The position numbers and the translations under genes are program-made. Below are positions 63,505 through 64,000 of a stretch of 64,000 bases of DNA, piece by piece. The notes beneath the pieces were generated by a model that did no database searches, had not been told where the DNA came from, and saw only the letters and a list, made by a program, of their open reading frames with translations. The number at the start of each line of letters is the position of its first letter. Position 1 is the first letter of the stretch. This stretch comes from the human T2T-CHM13v2.0 reference genome, Homo sapiens, in NCBI RefSeq assembly GCF_009914755.1, contig NC_060933.1, one strand, 5' to 3'.

Positions 63505-63745
63505 TTTAGAGGATGAGTCTAAAATCAGACAGCCTAGATTTGAGTGCTGTCTCTGCCACTTCTTAGATTTGTGACATTAGGCAAGTTACTTGACATTTCT
63601 GTGCCTCAATTTTCATGTCTGTCAAGTGGGAAAATTATAATACCTGATTCCTAAGTTAGCAGGAGGGAAAAAATGAACTACTTCATGAAAAGTGCTGAGA
63701 ACAGTCCCTGGCATATAATAAGAACTCCATTAATATTGTCACTAC
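63505..63745 (+). mobile_element. MIR
   Basis: tcagacagcctagatttg..tctgccactt..tgtgacattaggcaagttactt..ctgtgcctcaattttc..gtgctgagaacagtccctggcatata. Confidence 0.75.
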
Positions 63746-63749
63746 TTAT

Positions 63750-64000
63750 TAGATAAATATTTATTTAGTGTTTACCATTGACTGTACAACACATTATGCT
63801 CAGTGCCTAGCAAAGCACATTTATTTCCACCCTCACGGAGTACAGAGAGGAATGATGAGCTTTAAGACAGGAAACACTGCCAGTAGTCATGATTGCTCCT
63901 GAAGAGAAAGAAATGAGAGACATCTGTGTTACTGCACAGGAAGCTCTCTGATAAGTTAATGTGTGCAAAGATGAGTAAAGAGTTAAAACATATAAAGATG
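63750..64000 (-). mobile_element. L2 fragment
   Basis: aaatatttatttagtgtttacc..ccctcacggagtacag. Confidence 0.5.

Overview
Primate genomic DNA, very probably human given a young L1HS/L1PA2-type element. It is AT-rich and dominated by interspersed repeats, and I find no supportable cellular gene, RNA gene or CRISPR array (intergenic or deep intronic). The main feature is a full-length LINE-1 at 49995-56077 (+) with intact ORF1 (338 aa), ORF2 (1275 aa) and antisense ORF0 (71 aa). It has ACG/A 3'UTR diagnostics, a 12-bp TSD, a probable short 3' transduction and 5 extra 5' nucleotides, and it sits inside a MER2-family DNA transposon. Also present: a full-length decayed L1PA6-like element (21504-27620) whose ORF0 is still open and ends on a perfect splice donor; a near full-length L1MA (-) lacking its RT core; a complete THE1D-like MaLR provirus; a near full-length Tigger1; solo LTRs; six near full-length Alus; and many MIR, L2 and MER5 relics. 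Nearly all short ORFs in the track are repeat-derived or chance. I see no evidence of a wholly new biological system; the best leads are L1 lineage and activity features and a few unexplained local duplications and motif clusters. Subfamily names are from recalled consensus features, not a database search, and boundaries of old repeats are approximate.
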